NCBI GenBank assembly: GCA_023475235.1
Contig: JAMCWG010000006.1
Coordinates: 33,377-97,376 of the forward strand
DNA from: Chloroflexota bacterium
GTDB taxonomy: Bacteria > Chloroflexota > UBA6077 > FW602-bin22 > JAMCWG01
DNA length: 64,000 nucleotides
Direction: 5' to 3'
The position numbers and the translations under genes are program-made. Of the stretch, positions 8,721 through 16,220 are shown piece by piece. How positions within the stretch are numbered: position 1 is the first letter of the stretch; every line of letters starts with the position of its first letter. The notes under the pieces were generated by a model. It saw only the letters and a program-made list of their open reading frames with translations. It was not told where the DNA came from and made no database searches.

Positions 8721-9206
8721 ATGACGATAGACGCCGAGGGTGAGGTGCGCCGGATGGCCAGGCTTCAGGCCTTGCTTTACTACCTCTTCGCCAGGGAAAT
8801 CATCGAGAAGTATGGCGAAGAGGGGCGCGATCTGGTCCGCAAGGTGGTCTGGGAGTTCGGGCGCGTGCGTGGAGAAAAGGTGCGGGAGCAGGTGGAGGCG
8901 CAGGGCCTGCCGACCACGCCGGACAACTACGGCAAAGTGCCCGACTTGCCCTCCATCGGCTGGGAACGAGAGACCCTGCGGTCTGACGCCGAGCAGCACC
9001 GCACCAGAATAACCTACTGTCCCTTTGCGGAGATGTGGCGCGAGCTGGGGCCGCAGGCTGAAGAGCTGGGCATCGTCTTCTGCGAGGTGGACGAGGCCAA
9101 GTACAGGGCCTTCAACCCCGACCTCTGCTTCGCCCGCCCGGAGAGCATGCTGTGCGGCGGCACCTGCTGCGACATGATCGTCAGCGCGCCGGAAGAGCAG
9201 ACCTAG
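8721..9206 (+). CDS. L-2-amino-thiazoline-4-carboxylic acid hydrolase-like protein
   Basis: 161 aa. The pattern ...TYCPFAEMWRELG...VFCEVDEAKYRAFNP...CGGTCCDMIV recalls the ATC-hydrolase family. The assignment is from memory of the family and is not verified. Confidence 0.45.
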   Translation: MTIDAEGEVRRMARLQALLYYLFAREIIEKYGEEGRDLVRKVVWEFGRVRGEKVREQVEAQGLPTTPDNYGKVPDLPSIGWERETLRSDAEQHRTRITYCPFAEMWRELGPQAEELGIVFCEVDEAKYRAFNPDLCFARPESMLCGGTCCDMIVSAPEEQT

Positions 9207-9511
9207 CCCGTCTTGGGCTGCCCCGAGGCGTTGGTCTCACGCAACTGCCAGTTCTGCTGCAGGGCCACGATGATGCGGGGGAGCAGGTCCCGCGGCACCA
9301 GCACCCGGGCCACGACGGGGGCGTCGATGCTGGGCGCGTGTCCCGATGCGGCAGGGGGGACATCCACCGGCGGCGGCAATTGAGCGAAGTCGAGGATAAA
9401 GGCATGCTCGGTGTAGCTCACCCGCAGGTAATCCGCGTACACCCCCAGCCGGATCGCCTCGGGCACGCGCAGGTTGACCTGCACGGGGATGGGGCTCGTT
9501 GGCTCAGGCAC
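9203..9511 (-). CDS. DUF3467-like protein
   Basis: GTG start after GGAGG. YADYLRVSYTEHAFILDF resembles the DUF3467 core. Confidence 0.55.
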   Translation of the reverse strand: MPEPTSPIPVQVNLRVPEAIRLGVYADYLRVSYTEHAFILDFAQLPPPVDVPPAASGHAPSIDAPVVARVLVPRDLLPRIIVALQQNWQLRETNASGQPKTG

Positions 9512-9764
9512 AGCAAACCTCCTGATTGTCTATACCACATACATCAGCATATCAACAGCTTCTGGACGATGCTTTTCTCCGACACACCTGCCTCCCTACG
9601 CCAGCCCTGTTTCGCCGCTAAGCGGCCACGCTTTCTGTCTCGATTAGCATTATACCAAGTTGCCGGCAGCCACATATCGCCGGCAACCCGAACGCCGGGT
9701 TCCCGGGATACCCTTCACGTCGGCAGTGCGAAGATCGGCCGGTCTTCCGGGGCGTGTCCGCCCC

Positions 9765-10082
9765 TCACGAAGGCTCCACGACCACGGCCGTGCCGTAAGC
9801 CAGCACCTCGGTCATATTGTTGCCCAACTCCGTAGCGTCGTAGCGAATGCCGACGATCGCGTTGGCGCCCATTTGGTCCGCGTGCTCCAGCATAAGATCG
9901 AACCCTTCCGCACGCGTTTCCTCGCACAACTGAACGTATTCGTGGATCTTGCCGCCGCCCAGTGTCCGCAGGAACCCGGTAATCTGGCCACCCAATCCAC
10001 GCGAGCGCACGGTCACGCCGCGAACGACGCCCAGGTTACGCACAACCCGATATCCCGGCAGTTCAAAAGCGGTTGTCGTCAT
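9765..10082 (-). CDS. YbjQ/UPF0145 family protein
   Basis: 105 aa from ATG 10082: MTTTAFELPGYRVVRNLGVVRG...ANAIVGIRYD...AYGTAVVVE matches the family end to end. The upstream 134 codons of the track ORF are Arg/Pro-rich junk. Confidence 0.8.
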   Translation of the reverse strand: MTTTAFELPGYRVVRNLGVVRGVTVRSRGLGGQITGFLRTLGGGKIHEYVQLCEETRAEGFDLMLEHADQMGANAIVGIRYDATELGNNMTEVLAYGTAVVVEPS

Positions 10083-10730
10083 ACGATTGTCCACAGAAGC
10101 CCTCCTCAATGGTTGATGCGTAATTCGACGGGCAGAACCTTGCGGCGAGGCAGGGTACAATATCTGCCATTTTATGAGGTGCGTCGTCGCAAACGCCATG
10201 CCGGGTGGCGCGTATCCTACGTCGAGGCCGCCGATCAAACCTGACAGCAGCACCTCGAGGGCCGGGCGCCGCTGCTGATGCCGTGCCCGCTCTTCGAGCC
10301 TTCCCGCGATTTCGCCTGGCTCAGGCTCGGGTAGCCCGAGCGCAGACTCCTGCGACGACCTCGCTCCTGCTGGCGGGTTCGTCCTTCGGGCAAACCCCCG
10401 TGGTCTCTGCCGGTCGCCGTTCCGCCTGCCCGCCATCGTAGCCCCATCCTCAGAAGTTCGGACTCTTGAGACATACCCGGGCATTACGCTGGCCGGAACA
10501 GGTCACCAACGCGGTCCTACCCTTATTCTACCGCAATATGCCGAGGACGAACGTACCCGTCGGCCGACCGCATTTGCAGCACGGAAGAGCGCCTGTCGTT
10601 CCATGTGTTCCGTGTCCACGCGTCCTCTTTCGATTGTTCTGACGAAACTGATGGTTTGACAGGGGTGGTATGCTTGCTCCTAGCACGAGACATAACGATG
10701 AGGCTAGCCTTGCCGGGAATCACGGCATGA

Positions 10731-11435
10731 ATGCCAGGGAGATGCATGTCAGTTGCGCTTCTCATCGCTGCGTCAGTCATAGTCGCCCTCGGCCTTGCGT
10801 TGGCGATATTCGCCGTTGTCAGGGGACGTCCGTTGCTGCCTCGGGATCGCCTCGGCACGCCAACGCAGCCCGTGACCACTGGGAGCGGGGCGATAGACGG
10901 TCCAGTGCTTATCGCGTACGCCACCAAACACGGCTCGACTCTGGAGGTTGCCGAGGCGGTGGCCGCGACGCTCCGCGAGTGCGACATTCAAGCAGAAGTC
11001 AGACCGGCGCAGGAGGTTCGAGAACTAGGGGGATGGGGAGCCGTAGTGCTAGGGGCGCCGATCTACAGCGGCCGCTGGCACGGGGATGCCCGGAGATTCC
11101 TCAGCCGGCACAGAGAAGAGCTCTCGATCCGGCCGGTGGCTATCTTCGCCCTCGGGCCGCGTGAGGTCTCAGCGGAGAAGTGGCAGCGCTCCCGGGCTCA
11201 GCTCGACAGCGCGCTTGCCTCGGCCTCTTGGCTTGCACCGGTGAGCGTCGGATTGTTTGGGGGAGTCGATCCACCCAAGCGCAAGCAGGTGGAGAGACGC
11301 GACGCGCGAGATTGGACGGCGATCCGCTCCTGGGCTCGAGATCTCGCCTTTGTGCGCCGGCCCAGCCCCTTGGGTGCCGTGACGCCCGCGCCTGTCGACC
11401 AGCCTGCGCCGCAGGACCAGGTCGACGAAGACTAG
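10731..11435 (+). CDS. membrane-anchored flavodoxin-domain protein
   Basis: N-terminal TM helix, followed by VLIAYATKHGSTLEVAEAVA...VVLGAPIYSGRWHGDARRFL, a flavodoxin-like (HemG-like) fold signature. Confidence 0.65.
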   Translation: MPGRCMSVALLIAASVIVALGLALAIFAVVRGRPLLPRDRLGTPTQPVTTGSGAIDGPVLIAYATKHGSTLEVAEAVAATLRECDIQAEVRPAQEVRELGGWGAVVLGAPIYSGRWHGDARRFLSRHREELSIRPVAIFALGPREVSAEKWQRSRAQLDSALASASWLAPVSVGLFGGVDPPKRKQVERRDARDWTAIRSWARDLAFVRRPSPLGAVTPAPVDQPAPQDQVDED

Positions 11436-11448
11436 TTGTTCACCATGC

Positions 11449-11493
11449 AAAGAAAAGCCCTTGGTAGTTAGCCCCTAGCGCTACCAAGGGCTT
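11449..11493 (-). terminator. rho-independent terminator of ssrA
   Basis: 13-bp stem AAGCCCTTGGTAG (11455-11467) / CTACCAAGGGCTT (11481-11493). On the minus strand it is followed by TTTTCTTTG. Confidence 0.6.
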
Positions 11494-11502
11494 TGTCGCT
11501 TG

Positions 11503-11852
11503 GGTGGAGATGGGGGGAATTGAACCCCCGTCCAGAAGACTCCTCTAGCAACATCCTACAAGCTTAGTCGGCTCTTTGATTCCTCGCCGCTCCCGCCTCA
11601 ACCGACCGAGTCGTTCGCGGCCAGCCGATTAGTCTTAAGCTTCCCTTATCGACGTCTGAGAAGCAGCACCCCGGCATTGCGTCGCCCATTCATCCCCCAC
11701 CGGGACGAGGGTCTGATGGACGTAGTCGCCTAGATTAGGCGGCTAGAGCTGGTTCGTATGTGCCAGTTACTGGCTTGCCGCAGATTTACGAGGACACGGC
11801 ACCTCGGCTTGCAGTTACTAGCCTTCCTCCCCTGTCGAACCCTGACATCCCC
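11503..11852 (-). ncRNA. ssrA: tmRNA (SsrA)
   Basis: On the minus strand the 5' end is GGGGATGTCAGGGTTCGACAGGGGA. The 3' tRNA-like end is GGACGGGGGTTCAATTCCCCCCATCTCCACC, and GGGGATG pairs with CATCTCC including a G-U pair. An internal tag ORF at 11779-11735 reads GGC AAG CCA GTA ACT GGC ACA TAC GAA CCA GCT CTA GCC GCC TAA, giving GKPVTGTYEPALAA*. Confidence 0.9.
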
Positions 11853-11873
11853 TTAGATTTATTAACATAAGGT

Positions 11874-11902
11874 AATATAGCACTGCCGGCCGCGCCTGTC
11901 AA
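11874..11902 (-). promoter_or_regulatory. candidate sigma-70-type promoter of ssrA
   Basis: The minus strand reads TTGACA-17 nt-TATATT, with the -10 element ending 21 nt upstream of the mature tmRNA 5' end. Confidence 0.55.
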
Positions 11903-12006
11903 TAAGGAAATCGATGAGAATTGCCTGTTCGTGCGGTGGGCCGGGCAAGGCGCTATAATGCCGGAGGGCCGAACGGCCATCCCCACTCTAAACTTGGAGG
12001 TGCAGG

Positions 12007-13155
12007 GTGAAGATTATCGACGTCGTGACGTTCGTCGTGGGCAATCCATGGAAGAACTGGGTCTTTCTGCGCGTCCTCACCGACGAGGGCATTTCCGGCA
12101 TTGCCGAGGCGACAATGGGCCTCCAGACCAAGCCCATCGAGGTCGCCATCCACGAGCTGCGTCCGCTTTACATCGGGCTGGACCCGCGGCGCATCGAGCA
12201 TCTCCACGATGCCATCTACAAAGGCACCTTCCAGGGCGCCGGGCCGGTCGTGACCACGGCCATAAGCGCCCTGGACATCGCCTGCTTCGACATCCTGGGC
12301 AAGAGCCTGGGCGTGCCCTGCCATCAACTGCTGGGCGGTAAGATGTGGGACAAGCTGCGGGCTTATGCCAACGGCTGGTATCAAGGGCCGCGTGACCCCG
12401 CCTTCTTCGGCGAGAAGGCCCGCCAGGTGGCGGAGATGGGCTATACCGCCCTCAAGTTCGACCCCTTCGGCAACGCCTACCGCTTCCTGGAGCCGGCTGA
12501 GCTGCGTCTGTCCCTGGCCCTGGTCCGGGCGGTCCGGGACGCGGTCGGGCCGGACGTGGACATCCTCATCGAGGGGCACGACCGCTTCTCTGTTAGCACG
12601 GCCGTGACCATCGGGGATGCCCTGGCCGAGTTCCGGCCGATGTTCTTCGAGACGCCTGTCCTCTCCACCGATCTGGAGGCCACCGTGGAGGTGGCGCGCC
12701 GCATCAAGGTGCCGGTGGCCACCGGCGAGCGTCTGAACACCCTGGAGCAGTTCGCCAGGCTGCTGGCCCTGGGTGGCGTGGATATCGTCCAGCCGGAGAC
12801 GCTGCGCTGCGGCGGGTTCCTGGGGGTGAAGAAGGTGGCCGCCATCGCCGAGGCGCACAAGGCATTCGTCGCGCTGCACAACGCCCAGAGCCCGCTAACA
12901 ACGGCGATAAACGCCCATCTGGATGCCACGCTGCCGAACTTCCTCATCCAGGAATGCTTCGACGATGCCGCCGTCGCCTGGGCTGGGGACTTGATGCGGG
13001 GTGTGCCGCGCATGGTGGATGGCTATCTGCCGGTGCCCGAGGGTCCAGGACTGGGTGTGGAGCTGAACGACGAGGAGATGCTGAAGCACCCCTACAGCGA
13101 CCGCAACTTCCTGCGCCTCTTCGACGAGGGCTGGGAGCAGCGCCGCTCTTCGTAG
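12007..13155 (+). CDS. enolase-superfamily (mandelate racemase/muconate lactonizing enzyme family) sugar-acid dehydratase-like enzyme
   Basis: 382 aa with a GTG start after GGAGGTG. The N-terminal capping domain (KIIDVVTFVVGNPWKNWVFLRVLTDEGISGIAEAT) and the barrel with acidic ligand positions resemble galactonate-dehydratase-type members. Confidence 0.85.
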   Translation: MKIIDVVTFVVGNPWKNWVFLRVLTDEGISGIAEATMGLQTKPIEVAIHELRPLYIGLDPRRIEHLHDAIYKGTFQGAGPVVTTAISALDIACFDILGKSLGVPCHQLLGGKMWDKLRAYANGWYQGPRDPAFFGEKARQVAEMGYTALKFDPFGNAYRFLEPAELRLSLALVRAVRDAVGPDVDILIEGHDRFSVSTAVTIGDALAEFRPMFFETPVLSTDLEATVEVARRIKVPVATGERLNTLEQFARLLALGGVDIVQPETLRCGGFLGVKKVAAIAEAHKAFVALHNAQSPLTTAINAHLDATLPNFLIQECFDDAAVAWAGDLMRGVPRMVDGYLPVPEGPGLGVELNDEEMLKHPYSDRNFLRLFDEGWEQRRSS

Positions 13156-13447
13156 GGTGCGTTCGGACGGCCGCGGCGCGTGGACGGGCGTCGGCGCAGT
13201 CCAGCGCCACGGTACGTTTGTACCGGGCTGGCGGGCCTTTTGTCCGTTGATCCTTCGCCGCAACGTTCTGATAATAACAACGTGGCGGCGTGTAGCATGC
13301 GTGCCGGTGCGTCGTCAGCGGGCTTTGCTATTGGGTTGACAATACGCTATAATGCTGGCCGCTAGAATACGTTAAATGAAAACGCGCTACTTCATGGCCG
13401 ATATGGTGGGCGGTAGCCGCTCTGACGCAGATACAAAGGAGATAGCC

Positions 13448-13648
13448 GTGAAACTTGCCTTCGCCTTCATACTCGCGTTGCTGATCTTCGCCAGCTCGGT
13501 GTCTGTCGTTTGGGCCGGCGACGACGACGAAGAAGGCAGGGGCCGGAAAGCGCCCGAAGTCCCGCTGGCCCTCGTTTACCCGGCTGCCGGGCTGGTCGGC
13601 TACGGCCTCTATCGAGTTACGCACTGGTCCGAGCCACGCAAGCATTGA
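13448..13648 (+). CDS. 66-aa secreted mini-protein with PEP-CTERM-like sorting tail
   Basis: AAGGAG lies 6 nt upstream of GTG 13448. The product has a signal peptide (KLAFAFILALLIFASSVSVVWA), an acidic linker (GDDDEEGRGRKA), PEVP (13553-13564), a hydrophobic helix (LALVYPAAGLVGYGLY) and a basic end (RVTHWSEPRKH). Its stop TGA (13646-13648) overlaps a TTG at 13645 in the exosortase frame. Confidence 0.55.
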   Translation: MKLAFAFILALLIFASSVSVVWAGDDDEEGRGRKAPEVPLALVYPAAGLVGYGLYRVTHWSEPRKH

Positions 13649-15336
13649 ACCTCCAAAGCACCGAGCGGGCCGCGTGGACCAGGCCCTGGCAGGTGCTGAG
13701 ATGGTCCGCATGCGGAGTGCCGCTCTGGGTCTTTCTCTTCGTGCCGGCGGCGGGGTGGTACTCGCTGCTGCAGCTTGGCACCTTCGCGGCCAGCGACACG
13801 CCGCTGGCCTTCGTCATACTGGTGCCCATTCTGGCCGGTTACATCTTCGTTCACGACGGCCGCGCGCCGGCAGCCAGCCGTGAGCAAAGTGACCTGTTCT
13901 TCGACGGGGTGGTCTTCATCGCGCTGTTCGTCGTCTGCACTGCCTTGCTGTTCTTCATGCCGGCACGGCTGTCCTGGTACTACTGGCTCCTTCGACTGGA
14001 CTTGCTCGTCATACCGGTATTCGCCACGGCCCTCGTGGTCTTCTTCTGGGGCTTGGGCGGCGCCGGTGTCGTCCGGTGGGCGCTCCTGTACCTGCTGCTG
14101 GTATGGTCTTTCCCGCTGATCTGGCTGCACCAGGCCATCGCGCCGGCGCTCGTCGATCTCACGGCAGGCTTCGGGGCGCTGGTGGTCCAGGGTCTCTCGC
14201 TCCCGATTGCCGTGTCGGCGTCCGATCCCACGCGCTTCGTCAGCACAGGGCCGGAGAGGTTCACCATCGTCATCTCCGACACGTGCTCCGGGATGAACGC
14301 GCTGATCGGCTTTCTCCTCATCGGGCTGCCCCTCGCCATCACGGCTTCCGGTCGCACCCACAACAAGCTTGCCTGGCTGATGGCCGGTGCGCTGGCTGCT
14401 TTCTTCAGCAACCTCTTGCGGGTAGGGATTCTGCTCTACCTGGCGGCGACTGATGGCGTGGACTTCGCCCTTGGCACCGTGCACCCCGTCCTGGGCACCG
14501 TTCTGTTCGCCGCGGTCTTCATCAGCATGCTCTGGCTGGCCAGGTGCTTTGGCATCGATCTCGACGTCGGCCGGCATATGCCGGTCCTGGGGTCTCAACT
14601 GGCCGTCCGGCCGGACGGCTATCGGGGTCGCCTGTGCGTCGCCGGCCTTGCCGCCCTGGTGCTGGCAGCAGGCCAGACGACCCTGTATCAGTTTGGGCCG
14701 CTGAGCTCGGAGTCGCTGCCGGCAACGCCCGTTCACGAGGCGTGGGCGTTGCTGCCTGAGATACCCGGCTGGAACCGGGAGCTGCGTGGCGAAATCGACT
14801 GGCAGGACCTGTACGGGCGTGACTCTCAATCGCGGCTGGTCGCCTACCGCACGGACAAGGCGTCGGTAGTGGTGCAGTTCGTGGCCACCCCCGACAAGAG
14901 GTCGCTGGATACGTACACCCCGGAGCAGTGCAACTTGTTTCACGGCGAGCGGATCGTCGGCGTCTCCACGGTGAGCCTGGGACGCGGCATCGCCGCCCGT
15001 CTGGTAGAATCGCAGGTCAATCGCGGCAGGAAGCGACCCCACCTGAACGTTAATACGCTTTACTGGTATATGCCGCTGGTGGTGGGCGACCGGTTGTACC
15101 ACGCCCGAATCGCGCTGCTGGCCGACGCGGAGATGCTGCCCAATCAGCCAATTGCACCGGCACAGCCCTTTGCCAACCCCCTTATCCAGCTTCGCGACTT
15201 GCTGGATTCCACGCTGTCCCCCTATTCGCCGGCCGGCTCCACGCCCGACTTCGCCGAGCTCGATGCGTACACCATCGCGTTCGGGCACCAGATGGTCGAG
15301 GCCATCGTCGCCGGGTCCGCGGCTTCTTCGAACTGA
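13645..15336 (+). CDS. exosortase/archaeosortase-family protein fused to an EpsI-like C-terminal domain (start uncertain)
   Basis: Polytopic membrane N-terminal half carrying the family's Cys-Arg-His signature in the right order and spacing: DTCSGMNAL (Cys codon 14284-14286), SNLLRVGILL (Arg 14419-14421) and TVHPVLG (His 14482-14484). The C-terminal ~230 aa are soluble and resemble EpsI/DUF3485. Confidence 0.8.
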   Translation: MNLQSTERAAWTRPWQVLRWSACGVPLWVFLFVPAAGWYSLLQLGTFAASDTPLAFVILVPILAGYIFVHDGRAPAASREQSDLFFDGVVFIALFVVCTALLFFMPARLSWYYWLLRLDLLVIPVFATALVVFFWGLGGAGVVRWALLYLLLVWSFPLIWLHQAIAPALVDLTAGFGALVVQGLSLPIAVSASDPTRFVSTGPERFTIVISDTCSGMNALIGFLLIGLPLAITASGRTHNKLAWLMAGALAAFFSNLLRVGILLYLAATDGVDFALGTVHPVLGTVLFAAVFISMLWLARCFGIDLDVGRHMPVLGSQLAVRPDGYRGRLCVAGLAALVLAAGQTTLYQFGPLSSESLPATPVHEAWALLPEIPGWNRELRGEIDWQDLYGRDSQSRLVAYRTDKASVVVQFVATPDKRSLDTYTPEQCNLFHGERIVGVSTVSLGRGIAARLVESQVNRGRKRPHLNVNTLYWYMPLVVGDRLYHARIALLADAEMLPNQPIAPAQPFANPLIQLRDLLDSTLSPYSPAGSTPDFAELDAYTIAFGHQMVEAIVAGSAASSN

Positions 15337-15453
15337 GGGCCGCCCGCGGCCGTCCGGCGGCGATACGCAGGGTGCGCATTGACCCGCGGGAGACCTGAAT
15401 GCTAGGATGGTCTAGCGTTCTTCGCTATTACAACAATAGGCCAGGATCGAGAA

Positions 15454-16206
15454 ATGAGCTCCGATGATACACTGAAAGCCAGAATGGCGTTCGCGGCCAA
15501 CTGCGGGGTCTGCGGCGTCCCCCTGATCTACACAACCGATCCCGTTTCGCTGCGGTGCTCGTTCTGCGGCGCGGAATCGAGCACGCTCATCTATTGCCCG
15601 GAGGGGCACTACATCTGCGATGCCTGCCACGAGCGTGAGGCGCTCGATGTCTTGAGGAAGGTGCTCGAGTCCTCGACTTCCACTTCCCCGGCGGACATCC
15701 TTGAGCGGGTGATGTCACATCCGGCGGTGCCGATGCACGGCCCGGAGCATCACGCTGTTGTGCCGGCCGCCATCGTGGCGGCGGCGCGCAATGCCGGCTA
15801 TCCTATTCCCGCGGGAGCTGTCGAGGAGGCGGTGGCGCGTGGCGCCAAAGTGCCCGGCGGCTGGTGCGGCTTCTACGGGGCTTGCGGCGCCGGCATCGGC
15901 GTGGGCATCGCCGTCAGCGTTCTGACCCAGGCGACGCCTCTGAGGGGCGCGCCGCGCCGGCTGGCCAACGCGGCCACGGCGTTCGCTCTGAGTGAGATGC
16001 TGCACGAGCATCCGCGCTGCTGCAAGCGGGCCAGCCGGAAGGCGCTGAGAGCGGCCCTCAAGTTCTTGCGTGCCGAGATGGGCATTGAGCTTGAGTCGGG
16101 CCCGCGGCCTGCCTGCAGCTACACGGCGCGAAACCGGGAGTGCCCGCGAGGGGCGTGCGACTACTACCCGGGCTATCAGGTCGTAGTGCCCCGGCCATCA
16201 GACTAA
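15454..16206 (+). CDS. Cys-rich metal-binding protein of unknown function (possibly DUF5714-like)
   Basis: N-terminal zinc-ribbon pattern CGVCG...CSFCG...CPEGHYICDACH, followed by PMHGPEHH and GWCGFYGACGAG motifs. The family name is from memory and uncertain. Confidence 0.5.
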   Translation: MSSDDTLKARMAFAANCGVCGVPLIYTTDPVSLRCSFCGAESSTLIYCPEGHYICDACHEREALDVLRKVLESSTSTSPADILERVMSHPAVPMHGPEHHAVVPAAIVAAARNAGYPIPAGAVEEAVARGAKVPGGWCGFYGACGAGIGVGIAVSVLTQATPLRGAPRRLANAATAFALSEMLHEHPRCCKRASRKALRAALKFLRAEMGIELESGPRPACSYTARNRECPRGACDYYPGYQVVVPRPSD

Positions 16207-16220
16207 GGAGAGCTTGACCT

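Noticed and set aside
9765-10484. Long 239-aa form of the YbjQ gene
   Set aside because: Only the last 105 aa match the YbjQ/UPF0145 family, which is about 100 aa long. The N-terminal extension is Arg/Pro-rich, so ATG 10082 was chosen.
11853-13300. Genomic island or prophage integrated at the tmRNA gene
   Set aside because: No integrase was found and no duplicated tmRNA 3' segment. The flanking genes are ordinary metabolic genes of matching composition.
13609-15288. 559-aa minus-strand ORF
   Set aside because: It is antisense to the exosortase gene. It is extremely Arg/Gly/Pro/Gln-rich, has no TM or domain logic, and lacks the catalytic motifs found on the plus strand.
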